Below are positions 49,149-56,918 of a stretch of 64,000 nucleotides of DNA, piece after piece; position 1 is the first letter of the stretch, and every line of letters starts with the position of its first letter. The stretch is from Pelagibacteraceae bacterium. GTDB lineage: Bacteria; Pseudomonadota; Alphaproteobacteria; Methylaequorales; Methylaequoraceae. The notes beneath the pieces are model-generated. The model saw only the letters and a program-made list of their open reading frames with translations, was not told where the DNA came from and did no database searches. The position numbers and the translations under genes were made by a program. The stretch lies in contig JBELJQ010000002.1 in assembly GCA_042090305.1 (NCBI GenBank), positions 1,970-65,969 on the forward strand. Reading direction: 5' to 3'.

Positions 49149-50258
49149 ATGACTGAAAATAGAACATTTGAAACAAACTTAGATCCCGAGGTTGAAAAAA
49201 TAAGAGATCAGATAATTTCTAAGATTGGAGATAAACCTTTAGAAGAAGTAAATAAGATAATTAAAAAGCTTCTAATGGAAAATATGGATGAAACTATGAG
49301 ATTAGCTGCTCTAGCAGCAAGAGTTAAAATCATAAGAGGCAAAATAGCTCTACTTTATGATAGAAAAGTCCAAATCAAGCCTAATTTAAAAACTAAAATA
49401 CCAACCGAAGAAAAAATTATTGAATCAAAAAGAAATGAAACTAGGTGGGTAAGAATAAAAATGCTTGAGGCTGGCGAGGTGAATGGTAAACAAATTGATA
49501 AAGATGTAATTCTAGATGTTAAAGAAGAAGATTCAAAAATCTTAATTGATGCAAAAAAAGCAGAGATCATTAAAGAAAACGCAGAAAATGCTGAACCAAT
49601 TAGTAAAGCAGAACCTTTAAAAAAGGAAACTCCACCAAAAGAGAGCGAAAATTTAAAGGACTCAGAAAAGAAAGAAAATGTGAAAGATGAAACAACGAAT
49701 GACACAAATATTGAAAAAACAGTTCCAGATAATGATGACCCTAAGGAAAAAAAAATAAATTCGGATGCTAAAGAACCCAAAGATGAAAAGGTGAATCCCG
49801 ATACAGAAGCTACAAAAGATGAGAATGTAAATTCAAATAAAGAATCATTAAGTGATGATAAATCTAGTAAAGATTTACTAGATAAACATTTAGAAAAAGA
49901 AAAAATAGAGGATAAAGATATAAATGAAGAAGAGGGGAGTGATGCAAATAAAGAAATAAAAAATTCCAGTACGGAAGAAACTAGATCTAAAACTGTTAAA
50001 GATAATCAGAATAAAGATAAGGTTAGCGAGGCAGCTGAAGAAGTTGAAACCGATAAATTAGAAAAAGTTGATGAAAATAAAAAAGTGGAGAGCAAAACTT
50101 TGGACGATAAACCTAAAGCTTCATCTGAAGATTCTAAGCAAAATGGTGTAGAAAGTAATGAAGCAATAGATAATTCTAAAAATGATGATTCTGAAAAAAA
50201 AATATCTGAAGAAAATGAATCAACAGAAAATGAATCAACAGAAAATAAAAAATTATAG
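49149..50258 (+). CDS. Hypothetical protein: ~140-aa N-terminal domain plus ~230-aa Lys/Glu/Asp/Asn-rich disordered tail
   Basis: 369-aa ORF divergent from flgB. I recognise no motif. The tail has no Cys or aromatic residues and ends in a TENESTENESTEN repeat. Confidence 0.6.
   Translation: MTENRTFETNLDPEVEKIRDQIISKIGDKPLEEVNKIIKKLLMENMDETMRLAALAARVKIIRGKIALLYDRKVQIKPNLKTKIPTEEKIIESKRNETRWVRIKMLEAGEVNGKQIDKDVILDVKEEDSKILIDAKKAEIIKENAENAEPISKAEPLKKETPPKESENLKDSEKKENVKDETTNDTNIEKTVPDNDDPKEKKINSDAKEPKDEKVNPDTEATKDENVNSNKESLSDDKSSKDLLDKHLEKEKIEDKDINEEEGSDANKEIKNSSTEETRSKTVKDNQNKDKVSEAAEEVETDKLEKVDENKKVESKTLDDKPKASSEDSKQNGVESNEAIDNSKNDDSEKKISEENESTENESTENKKL
50211..50246 (+). repeat. 15-bp tandem repeat (GAAAATGAATCAACA x2.4) in the 3' end of the 369-aa ORF
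   Basis: Read directly: gaaaatgaatcaaca gaaaatgaatcaaca gaaaat. It is in frame and encodes ENEST ENEST EN. Confidence 0.9.
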
Positions 50259-50262
50259 AATT

Positions 50263-50628
50263 ATGCTAATTCGAAAGCACTTATTTAATTTGAAGTTAAT
50301 ATTCTTTTTAATGTTTATTTTTTTTTTAAATAGCTGTGAAGACTTATTTTTGAGGTTTAAGTATGAAACATATGAATGTCAGGAAAATAATATGGACCTT
50401 AGAAAGGTTTCAATTAAAGACAACGACGTCGGTGATCTCGTTGATGTGGAAATAGGTAACTATCTTTATAAATTCAAAATCATTGCAGTGAGTGACAAAG
50501 ATATGATTATAGAAGAGGAAGTTGAGGATTTCTCAATCAAAATAAATCATAACACCAATAACATGGAAGCAAAATTGAATAACTTAATATTTAAAGTAAA
50601 TTGTGATAAAAAAACTTTTAAAATGTAG
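50263..50628 (+). CDS. Putative small lipoprotein
   Basis: From the ATG at 50263: MLIRKHLFNLKLIFFLMFIFFLNSCEDLF. This is a signal peptide plus a lipobox-like LNSC. 121 aa. The track start at 50182 overlaps the upstream gene. Confidence 0.5.
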   Translation: MLIRKHLFNLKLIFFLMFIFFLNSCEDLFLRFKYETYECQENNMDLRKVSIKDNDVGDLVDVEIGNYLYKFKIIAVSDKDMIIEEEVEDFSIKINHNTNNMEAKLNNLIFKVNCDKKTFKM

Positions 50629-50637
50629 TTCTATTAG

Positions 50638-51063
50638 TTAACGTTTACCATGAAATTTTATAATTGGTTCAACTTCTTCGGTAGATAAGTTAGTTGCTTC
50701 AGAAATTTCTGAAATATTTTTTCCCTGATTAGCCATTTGAATGGCCATCGTAATTTTTGATTCACCGCTTGATGAATCCGCTAAACGTGCAATCTCTAAA
50801 TCAATCTTTTCTAATGTATACTTATAATCTTCAATAACTTTCTTCTGGTCTGTAAATAAAAGTTCTAGTCTTCTAAACTCTTCAATGAGATCTTTGATTG
50901 CCCTTTCAAGCATATAAACTTTCTTCGCGTTATCTTTATTCTTTTTATTATCCAGATAATACCCTAATGCAATAATGGATAACATAAATAAAGATATAAG
51001 AGTCAAGAGCAAAATAAAGTTATTTGATGATTCATTAGAAAAAAGATTATTAATAAAGTTCAT
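50638..51063 (-). CDS. Membrane-anchored coiled-coil protein with C-terminal HTH-like segment (DUF2802-like?)
   Basis: N-terminal TM helix, coiled-coil middle, C-terminus ITMAIQMANQGKNISEISEATNLSTEEVEPIIKF. This resembles the DUF2802 proteins of gamma-proteobacterial flagellar/chemotaxis clusters. Assignment is from memory only. Confidence 0.35.
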   Translation of the reverse strand: MNFINNLFSNESSNNFILLLTLISLFMLSIIALGYYLDNKKNKDNAKKVYMLERAIKDLIEEFRRLELLFTDQKKVIEDYKYTLEKIDLEIARLADSSSGESKITMAIQMANQGKNISEISEATNLSTEEVEPIIKFHGKR

Positions 51064-51094
51064 AAAACAATGATATTATTATAGTGAAACAATC

Positions 51095-51379
51095 TCAACT
51101 TGTATTAATTTTTCTATCTTTAAGGAATTTAACGAAGTCAGTTAAAATTTGGCTTTGAGATTTCTGTTTTGAGACAAGTATAGACAAAGTCTTTTCCAAC
51201 TCATTGATTTTTTCTTTAAGGTCAGTCTCTTGATTATTATTTTCTGAGCTTGCTAAAAGTTCTGTGATTAGCTTCGACTCTGTTATTATTTCTTCTTCTA
51301 TTTTAAGTATTTCAGTATTATTTTTTGCATCTATAAGACTTTTTAGAAGAGACACAACATAATCAATTTTTTTTTTCAT
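51095..51379 (-). CDS. Possible FlgN-like export chaperone
   Basis: 94 aa, all-helical, Leu/Glu/Lys-rich. It lies directly downstream of flgM, as in the flgA-flgM-flgN operons. The call is by position only. Confidence 0.35.
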   Translation of the reverse strand: MKKKIDYVVSLLKSLIDAKNNTEILKIEEEIITESKLITELLASSENNNQETDLKEKINELEKTLSILVSKQKSQSQILTDFVKFLKDRKINTS

Positions 51380-51395
51380 TGATATGTGAGGTCTA

Positions 51396-51707
51396 CTATT
51401 TCATTTCTTTATATGCATCAAACAAAGCATCTGTGAGTTTATCTAAGTCAATAGGATAATCACCATTAGCAATAGCTGCTTTAATTCTAGATGTTGTTTG
51501 TTTGTCAATTGGTGGTTCCTTAGCCATATCCTTTACTCTCTCTTTGGAAATGAACTGCGAAACTTTCCCAAAATTACTATCAATTCCAGCTTTTGAATGA
51601 TCAACTTTAGAAACTTCGCTACTTTTCTTGTTAGCTGAGGGTTCGCTAGATACTTTAGTATCTTTAAACGTCGAACTTAAGTTTTTTATGTTAATCTTAT
51701 CAATCAT
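51396..51707 (-). CDS. flgM: Anti-sigma-28 factor FlgM
   Basis: 103 aa, disordered Ser/Lys-rich N-half. C-terminus IDKQTTSRIKAAIANGDYPIDLDKLTDALF matches the FlgM sigma-28-binding region. Follows flgA. Confidence 0.8.
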   Translation of the reverse strand: MIDKINIKNLSSTFKDTKVSSEPSANKKSSEVSKVDHSKAGIDSNFGKVSQFISKERVKDMAKEPPIDKQTTSRIKAAIANGDYPIDLDKLTDALFDAYKEMK

Positions 51708-51728
51708 TTTTTATATTCCTTTTAATTA

Positions 51729-51755
51729 TTAACGACAATAACCTAAAATTGTTTA
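51729..51755 (-). promoter_or_regulatory. Candidate sigma-28 (FliA) promoter for flgM
   Basis: Reverse strand reads TAAA-N15-GTCGTTAA, versus consensus TAAA-N15-GCCGATAA (6/8 in the -10). It overlaps the flgA stop and lies ~20 nt upstream of the flgM SD and ATG. Confidence 0.5.
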
Positions 51756-52438
51756 GCATGCATTATAACTTTTTTTTCATTTTTTGCATAAACTCGCAAA
51801 ATTTTTCCACTTTTAACATTCTTAACTGTTAGTTTATCCATAAAATTTGCATTTTCAAGCGCAATACCTGATTCTTTTATAGTTATACTAGATTTATTGT
51901 TGACTATTGTGACAATTGAATTTTTTTCAATCAGCCAATCTTGTTCAACATCATTAAATTGGATTGCGATATTCTTATTCATATTTCTTTTTAGTTTTTT
52001 ACCCAAGATCTCTGATTTATTTGTAATAAAAGCACTGTTATTACTTTTTTTACTTAATTCTATTAGATTTTCTTCTTTTATTACTGTTCCACTCCTTAGG
52101 TTTTCTTTTAATGCAAATGTTTTTAATACGCTGTAACTTCTAACTTTTTGTTTAATATTTTTTTTATTTCTTACTATAAATTGCCAAGGATTTTTCCCTA
52201 TACATTTTACTTTTATAAGTTTAAATTCTCCTGAAATATCATTGATAATTAAGTCTGAATATTTACAAAATGGATATTTTAATTCTTCTAAAATTTCAAT
52301 ATTTGAAGTTTGACCTTTATTATCTAACCAAGTTTCAATAGCTACTTGTAAGTCTTTTCCATTAACAGTTTTAGATAAACATGGAGTAAAACTCAGTGAT
52401 ACTAAAAAAAATATTATATTTCTAACTCTTTTTTTCAT
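51743..52438 (-). CDS. flgA: Flagellar P-ring assembly chaperone FlgA
   Basis: Signal peptide, SAF-like segment LKENLRSGTVIKEENL. C-terminus LTVKNVKSGKILRVYAKNEKKV is typical of FlgA. Confidence 0.75.
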   Translation of the reverse strand: MKKRVRNIIFFLVSLSFTPCLSKTVNGKDLQVAIETWLDNKGQTSNIEILEELKYPFCKYSDLIINDISGEFKLIKVKCIGKNPWQFIVRNKKNIKQKVRSYSVLKTFALKENLRSGTVIKEENLIELSKKSNNSAFITNKSEILGKKLKRNMNKNIAIQFNDVEQDWLIEKNSIVTIVNNKSSITIKESGIALENANFMDKLTVKNVKSGKILRVYAKNEKKVIMHAKQF

Positions 52439-52440
52439 AT

Positions 52441-52869
52441 TTATGGGTTAAAAAAGTATATATGTTGACTGTTTGTATTAGATGAATGGTCAATATTTTT
52501 AATGTTTTTTATGAGGTTCATTATTTGATTTAATGAAGGGATAGTTAAACTTTTTCCAGCAAACATATAATTCGGGTTGTTTCTAACAAATGCATGTTTA
52601 TTCATTTCTAGTACTGAAACTTCTATCATTCTCATATTTAAACCACTATTACCGTAATATTTTTTTAAAATATCACTTAAAGATTCTCCTTTTTTTATCT
52701 TATGTTTGACGTGATGACTTGGATTTTTTACAAAATCATTGTTTTTATTTGGAGATGTGCCCTTAGAATAATTTCCTTTGTAATCAAGAACAACAAATGG
52801 TTCCTGAGAGAATGAAAAGGTGGATATTAATAGTGTTATAAATAAAATTTTAATTTGAATAATTCTCAT
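52441..52869 (-). CDS. Secreted small protein with FimV-type LysM peptidoglycan-binding motif
   Basis: Signal peptide, then HKIKKGESLSDILKKYYGNSGLNMRMIEVSVLEMNKHAFVRNNPNYMFAGKSLTIPS. This resembles the FimV/HubP N-terminal LysM (..GDTL..IA......Q....L...NP.AF...N.N.L..G..L.IP). Confidence 0.55.
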   Translation of the reverse strand: MRIIQIKILFITLLISTFSFSQEPFVVLDYKGNYSKGTSPNKNNDFVKNPSHHVKHKIKKGESLSDILKKYYGNSGLNMRMIEVSVLEMNKHAFVRNNPNYMFAGKSLTIPSLNQIMNLIKNIKNIDHSSNTNSQHIYFFNP

Positions 52870-52878
52870 ATAACTTTC

Positions 52879-54060
52879 CTAGTTAATAAATTTTATAAAT
52901 TTACCTTCAATAAATTCGTTTTTATTATTTGGGTTTAAGGGTTCAATCTCAGAAAAATCTTCATTTATGTTTTTAACTGTAACAACAATCCAATCATTCA
53001 TACTGACATCCATTCCATTTGGGGAAATTATACCAAGCTTATCTTTACTAAGACCTTGATTACTTCCTAATGAAACAATTAGCTTGTTGTTGATTTTTTT
53101 TACAACCGCTTCAAGTGGACGACATTTTAGCTGATCCATAACTCTGTACTGAACTTTTGATAAACTTTTTTCAACTAATACTCTTATTTTATCGTATGAC
53201 TTTTTGTAAAAGGCGTCAATATGCTGATATCCAGTTTTTTGTCCTAAAAATAAAGAAAAGTCATATTCTAAACTATCTATGAGATTAAAATTACTATTTT
53301 GATAAACGTCCAGTCTAAGTTTTATTAATATCTCTTTTGAGAATCTACCAATATTTCCGTCAATACTGTCTATGATTACAGTTGGATGAACAGCAAATTC
53401 ACCATCTTTTAGAGACATAGATTTTCCTTCCACAATACTGTCGTAGTCTAAGTCTGAAGATTTGATTGGTATTTTCTTTACATTAAAAAAAACATTTGAT
53501 TTATCTCTTAACCTTATAAAATCAATATTTCTTAAATTTTTTCTAATATTTTCTGAAATAACATTTGGAAGTTTATGAGTCCATGGTTCAAGCTTACTTG
53601 AAACTGTAAAGTGAGGAGAAAGAAATGACAAATTTACAAAATTTCTATCAGAGCAATCAGAAGATGTATTTATATTTATTAGATATGCCTTAATTTTTAT
53701 TACATAATGACTTTTATCCTCTTTTTCATCCAATATCACAAAATCAGTAATGGTAGACGCTGGTCTAACTAAAAGGTTTTCGCTTAATCTAGTTAAATTG
53801 TCTACATTAGAATATCCGTCAATTTTCGCACCACCTCTTAAACTTGCAAGATATAATGCATCATCAAGAGCTCTTTTTTTTGCAATTTCCTTATTACCAT
53901 CACTTATAACAGCTCTTCCTTCTGTAATAATTTCTTTTAGACCAAAACTATCAGCCAAAGCATATGTGGAAATAAGCAAAAGAAATAATACACTTAAAAA
54001 AAATGAAACTAGTTCTCTTAAAACTACATCAAATAAGCTATATTCAACTTTTCTAAACAT
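52879..54060 (-). CDS. FlgT-like periplasmic flagellar protein (tentative)
   Basis: 393 aa, N-terminal signal/anchor. EGRAVISDGNKEIAKKRALDDALYLASLRGGAKIDGYSNV resembles an FlgT_N/LPP20-type fold. Size and position next to flgP match Vibrio flgT (~380 aa). Confidence 0.4.
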   Translation of the reverse strand: MFRKVEYSLFDVVLRELVSFFLSVLFLLLISTYALADSFGLKEIITEGRAVISDGNKEIAKKRALDDALYLASLRGGAKIDGYSNVDNLTRLSENLLVRPASTITDFVILDEKEDKSHYVIKIKAYLININTSSDCSDRNFVNLSFLSPHFTVSSKLEPWTHKLPNVISENIRKNLRNIDFIRLRDKSNVFFNVKKIPIKSSDLDYDSIVEGKSMSLKDGEFAVHPTVIIDSIDGNIGRFSKEILIKLRLDVYQNSNFNLIDSLEYDFSLFLGQKTGYQHIDAFYKKSYDKIRVLVEKSLSKVQYRVMDQLKCRPLEAVVKKINNKLIVSLGSNQGLSKDKLGIISPNGMDVSMNDWIVVTVKNINEDFSEIEPLNPNNKNEFIEGKFIKFIN

Positions 54061-54063
54061 ATT

Positions 54064-54570
54064 CTATAAAGTTTGGGCAGACCTAAATAAATAGGCAACC
54101 ATGTCTTGGTCTATTTCTAAAACAGTTTCATAAGTGTCTTGACCAGTTGGATTTATTCTTACTGTTCTCGCGCCTCTGATAACTCCGGATACTACACCTC
54201 TAAAAGTGTCATTTTGAACCATTAAATCAATAACAGTTGTATTACTGTCTACTTTTAATCCATGAATTTGTTCAGCTAAATCTCTCATTGCCGACATTCT
54301 CGCAGCTCTTATAGCCATCAATCTTTTCTGTTCAATACTCTGGCCTGGTTGACTAGATACCACTGCATAACCCGTTGCAGTGAGTGTCGGAAAATTAATA
54401 GATGCACCATCAAGTAACTCTCTTGTTTTGTTTAACTGATCAGTAGGGGTTGAATAATCCTGACTATTAGCTAACTTTTGATTATTGTTTGGTAATCCTA
54501 TATTATCTAATAAGTTTGTCGAACATGATTGCACCAAAATTGCAATAATAAATAAATATATGTACTTCAT
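54064..54570 (-). CDS. FlgP-like LPP20-family flagellar lipoprotein
   Basis: Lipobox-like ILVQSCS. LPP20 core TATGYAVVSSQPGQSIEQKRLMAIRAARMSAMRDLAEQIHGLKVDSNTTV. Confidence 0.6.
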   Translation of the reverse strand: MKYIYLFIIAILVQSCSTNLLDNIGLPNNNQKLANSQDYSTPTDQLNKTRELLDGASINFPTLTATGYAVVSSQPGQSIEQKRLMAIRAARMSAMRDLAEQIHGLKVDSNTTVIDLMVQNDTFRGVVSGVIRGARTVRINPTGQDTYETVLEIDQDMVAYLFRSAQTL

Positions 54571-54602
54571 TTTTTATCCTCAAATGTTGTTTTTGGTAAT
54601 TT

Positions 54603-54619
54603 GTGCATAAATTATGCCA
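54603..54619 (-). promoter_or_regulatory. Sigma-54 promoter of the flgP-flgT-LysM-flgA(-flgM...) operon
   Basis: Reverse strand reads TGGCATAATTTATGCAC. GG/GC spacing is exact; the -12 is ATGCA. The predicted +1 is near 54593, 23 nt before the ATG at 54570. Confidence 0.65.
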
Positions 54620-54656
54620 AGAAGATAATTATCAGAAAACTCTCCATAGTAGATAA

Positions 54657-54673
54657 TGGCATAGCCCTTGCAT
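54657..54673 (+). promoter_or_regulatory. Sigma-54 promoter of the flhA-flhF-flhG-fliA operon
   Basis: The + strand reads TGGCATAGCCCTTGCAT, a near-perfect match to TGGCACG-N4-TTGCW. The predicted +1 is near 54683, 88 nt before the flhA ATG. Confidence 0.75.
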
Positions 54674-54770
54674 CTTATATGTTAATGAATTTTATTTTTA
54701 AAATAATAGGGATTTCTGGGATTTTTAACAGTCAATTTTTTGACTATAAAAATCTTATTAAAGGATAATT

Positions 54771-56918
54771 ATGGATTTAGTACTAAAAACATTCCGATCA
54801 CAAAACTTAATAAGTTTTCTAAGAACATTCAGTATTCCTATCGGAATAATGGTCTTAGTTGCAATGATGGTAATTCCACTAAATCCTTGGATGTTAGATA
54901 TCTTATTCACAACAAATATTCTTGTTTCACTATTAGTACTTATGGTGGCTCTGCAGACCTTTAGACCATTAGATTTTTCAAGTTTTCCTACTGTACTTTT
55001 ATTTGCCACAGTTTTGAGACTTGGATTAAATGTAGCATCGACCCGTGTAATTCTAAAATCTGGGCATAATGGAACTGACTCAGCAGGAAGTATTATCGAG
55101 GCATTTGGAGAATTTGTAATGTCAGGAAGTTATGCTGTGGGACTTTTTGTATTCTCAATTTTAGTAATAATAAATTTAATTGTAATAACTAAGGGAGCAG
55201 GAAGAGTTTCAGAGGTCGCAGCACGGTTTACCCTTGACGCTATGCCAGGAAAGCAAATGGCAATAGATGCTGACTTAAATGCTGGAGTAATTACAAGTGA
55301 AGAAGCAAAAGAAAGAAGAAGTGAAATTGCTAAGGAAGGAGAATTTTACGGAGCAATGGATGGTGCAGCAAAATTTGTTAAGGGTGATGCTGTTGCAGGT
55401 ATTCTAATTTTAGTAATAAACATAATTGGTGGTTTGATAATAGGGACAACACAGCATGATTTAACTCTTAATCAGTCGGCTGAGTCATATATTTTATTAA
55501 CAGTAGGTGATGGTCTTGTTGCTCAGATACCTTCTTTACTTTTAGCGATGGCAACGGCAACCATCGTTACAAGAATCTCGTCCGACAATGATGATCTAGC
55601 CGGTCAAATTTCAAATCAGATGGGTTTGTCAAAAGCATGGACGCCTGTTTCAGCAGTATTACTAGTATTTGGACTTGTTCCAGGAATGCCAAATACCCTT
55701 TTCATAGCTGGATCAATAATTGCTGGAACAATAGCATGGATTACCTCTAAAAAAACAAAAAAAGAGAGCGATGAAGAATTGAATAATAATGATACTGAAG
55801 ATTCTGATTCAATTGGACAAATTGATATCGAAGACGTATCAGATAATGCATCAATTTCTCTTGATTTAGGTTATGGCTTAATTTCAATGGTTGATTCAAG
55901 TGATAAAAAGTCTGCAGGACCTCTTATTTCTAAAATCACGGGTATAAGAAAACAGGTATCAAAAGATCTAGGCTTTGTTATTCCTAATGTCAGAGTAAAG
56001 GATGACCTCACATTAGAAGCTAATTCTTACAGAATAAGGATTGGTCATACAATAGTTGCGCAGGATAAAGTTTATGTCGATAGAAAATTAGCAATGCCAA
56101 GTGATGAAACTCAATTAAAAATTCAAGGTATTCAAGTAAAAGACCCAACTTTTGGTTTAGATTCTTTTTGGATAGAGCAGCATTTAGTATCAAAGGCTGA
56201 AGCAAATCATTATATGATAATTGAGCCAGAGGCAGTGATTGCAACTCATCTTAATCATATTTTACTTAGATTTTCAGGAGAGTTGATAAGTCAAGATGAT
56301 GTTCAGTCTTTAGTAGATAATCTTGGCAAAACTAATCCTCAATTGATTCAGTCAGTTATACCAAAGCTAGTTCCTTTACATCACTTAACAATAATTCTTA
56401 GGAATCTTTTATCTGAGCGAGTTCCAATAAATGATTTAAAAAAAATATTAGAAGCATTAACGAATTTATCAGAGAAAAAACTTAGTCCAGAAGAGTTGTC
56501 AGAAGCAGTAAGACCAGCAATCTCATCACTTCTTATCCAAAAAATATCAAATATAAATGAAGCATTGGATGTTGTTACATTTAATCCTGAATTTGAGCAA
56601 ATGCTGATTTCAATGTCTAAAAAAAGTGGTTCAGATGGAATTCTTATTGATCCTCAATTAGCTAAACAAATGATAAGCTCTTTAATTGAGGTTGGTGAAA
56701 AATTTTCAATGGATGGCAATCCTCTTGTTATTGTTACAGCGCCAGTCATTAGAAAAGATATAGCTGTATTGTTAAGACAGCATATTGAAGATCTCGTGGT
56801 TTTATCATTTACAGAACTACCTGAAAATAAAAGAGTAAAAGTTGTCTCAACTATCGGAGAAAAAATCATTAATAATAATACACAAAAGGAGAAATCTAAT
56901 GAAAACGCAACTGTTTAA
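54771..56918 (+). CDS. flhA: Flagellar type III export gate protein FlhA
   Basis: 715 aa. FHIPEP-family motifs (RFTLDAMPGKQMAIDADL, GAMDGAAKFVKGDA, LLTVGDGLVAQIPSLL) plus a cytoplasmic C-domain. Confidence 0.95.
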   Translation: MDLVLKTFRSQNLISFLRTFSIPIGIMVLVAMMVIPLNPWMLDILFTTNILVSLLVLMVALQTFRPLDFSSFPTVLLFATVLRLGLNVASTRVILKSGHNGTDSAGSIIEAFGEFVMSGSYAVGLFVFSILVIINLIVITKGAGRVSEVAARFTLDAMPGKQMAIDADLNAGVITSEEAKERRSEIAKEGEFYGAMDGAAKFVKGDAVAGILILVINIIGGLIIGTTQHDLTLNQSAESYILLTVGDGLVAQIPSLLLAMATATIVTRISSDNDDLAGQISNQMGLSKAWTPVSAVLLVFGLVPGMPNTLFIAGSIIAGTIAWITSKKTKKESDEELNNNDTEDSDSIGQIDIEDVSDNASISLDLGYGLISMVDSSDKKSAGPLISKITGIRKQVSKDLGFVIPNVRVKDDLTLEANSYRIRIGHTIVAQDKVYVDRKLAMPSDETQLKIQGIQVKDPTFGLDSFWIEQHLVSKAEANHYMIIEPEAVIATHLNHILLRFSGELISQDDVQSLVDNLGKTNPQLIQSVIPKLVPLHHLTIILRNLLSERVPINDLKKILEALTNLSEKKLSPEELSEAVRPAISSLLIQKISNINEALDVVTFNPEFEQMLISMSKKSGSDGILIDPQLAKQMISSLIEVGEKFSMDGNPLVIVTAPVIRKDIAVLLRQHIEDLVVLSFTELPENKRVKVVSTIGEKIINNNTQKEKSNENATV

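Noticed and set aside
54740-55009. ORFs 54740..54964 (+) and 54758..55009 (-) at the flhA 5' end
   Set aside because: They overlap the flhA N-terminal TM region, which has a good ATG at 54771 and conserved FlhA sequence. They have no independent support.
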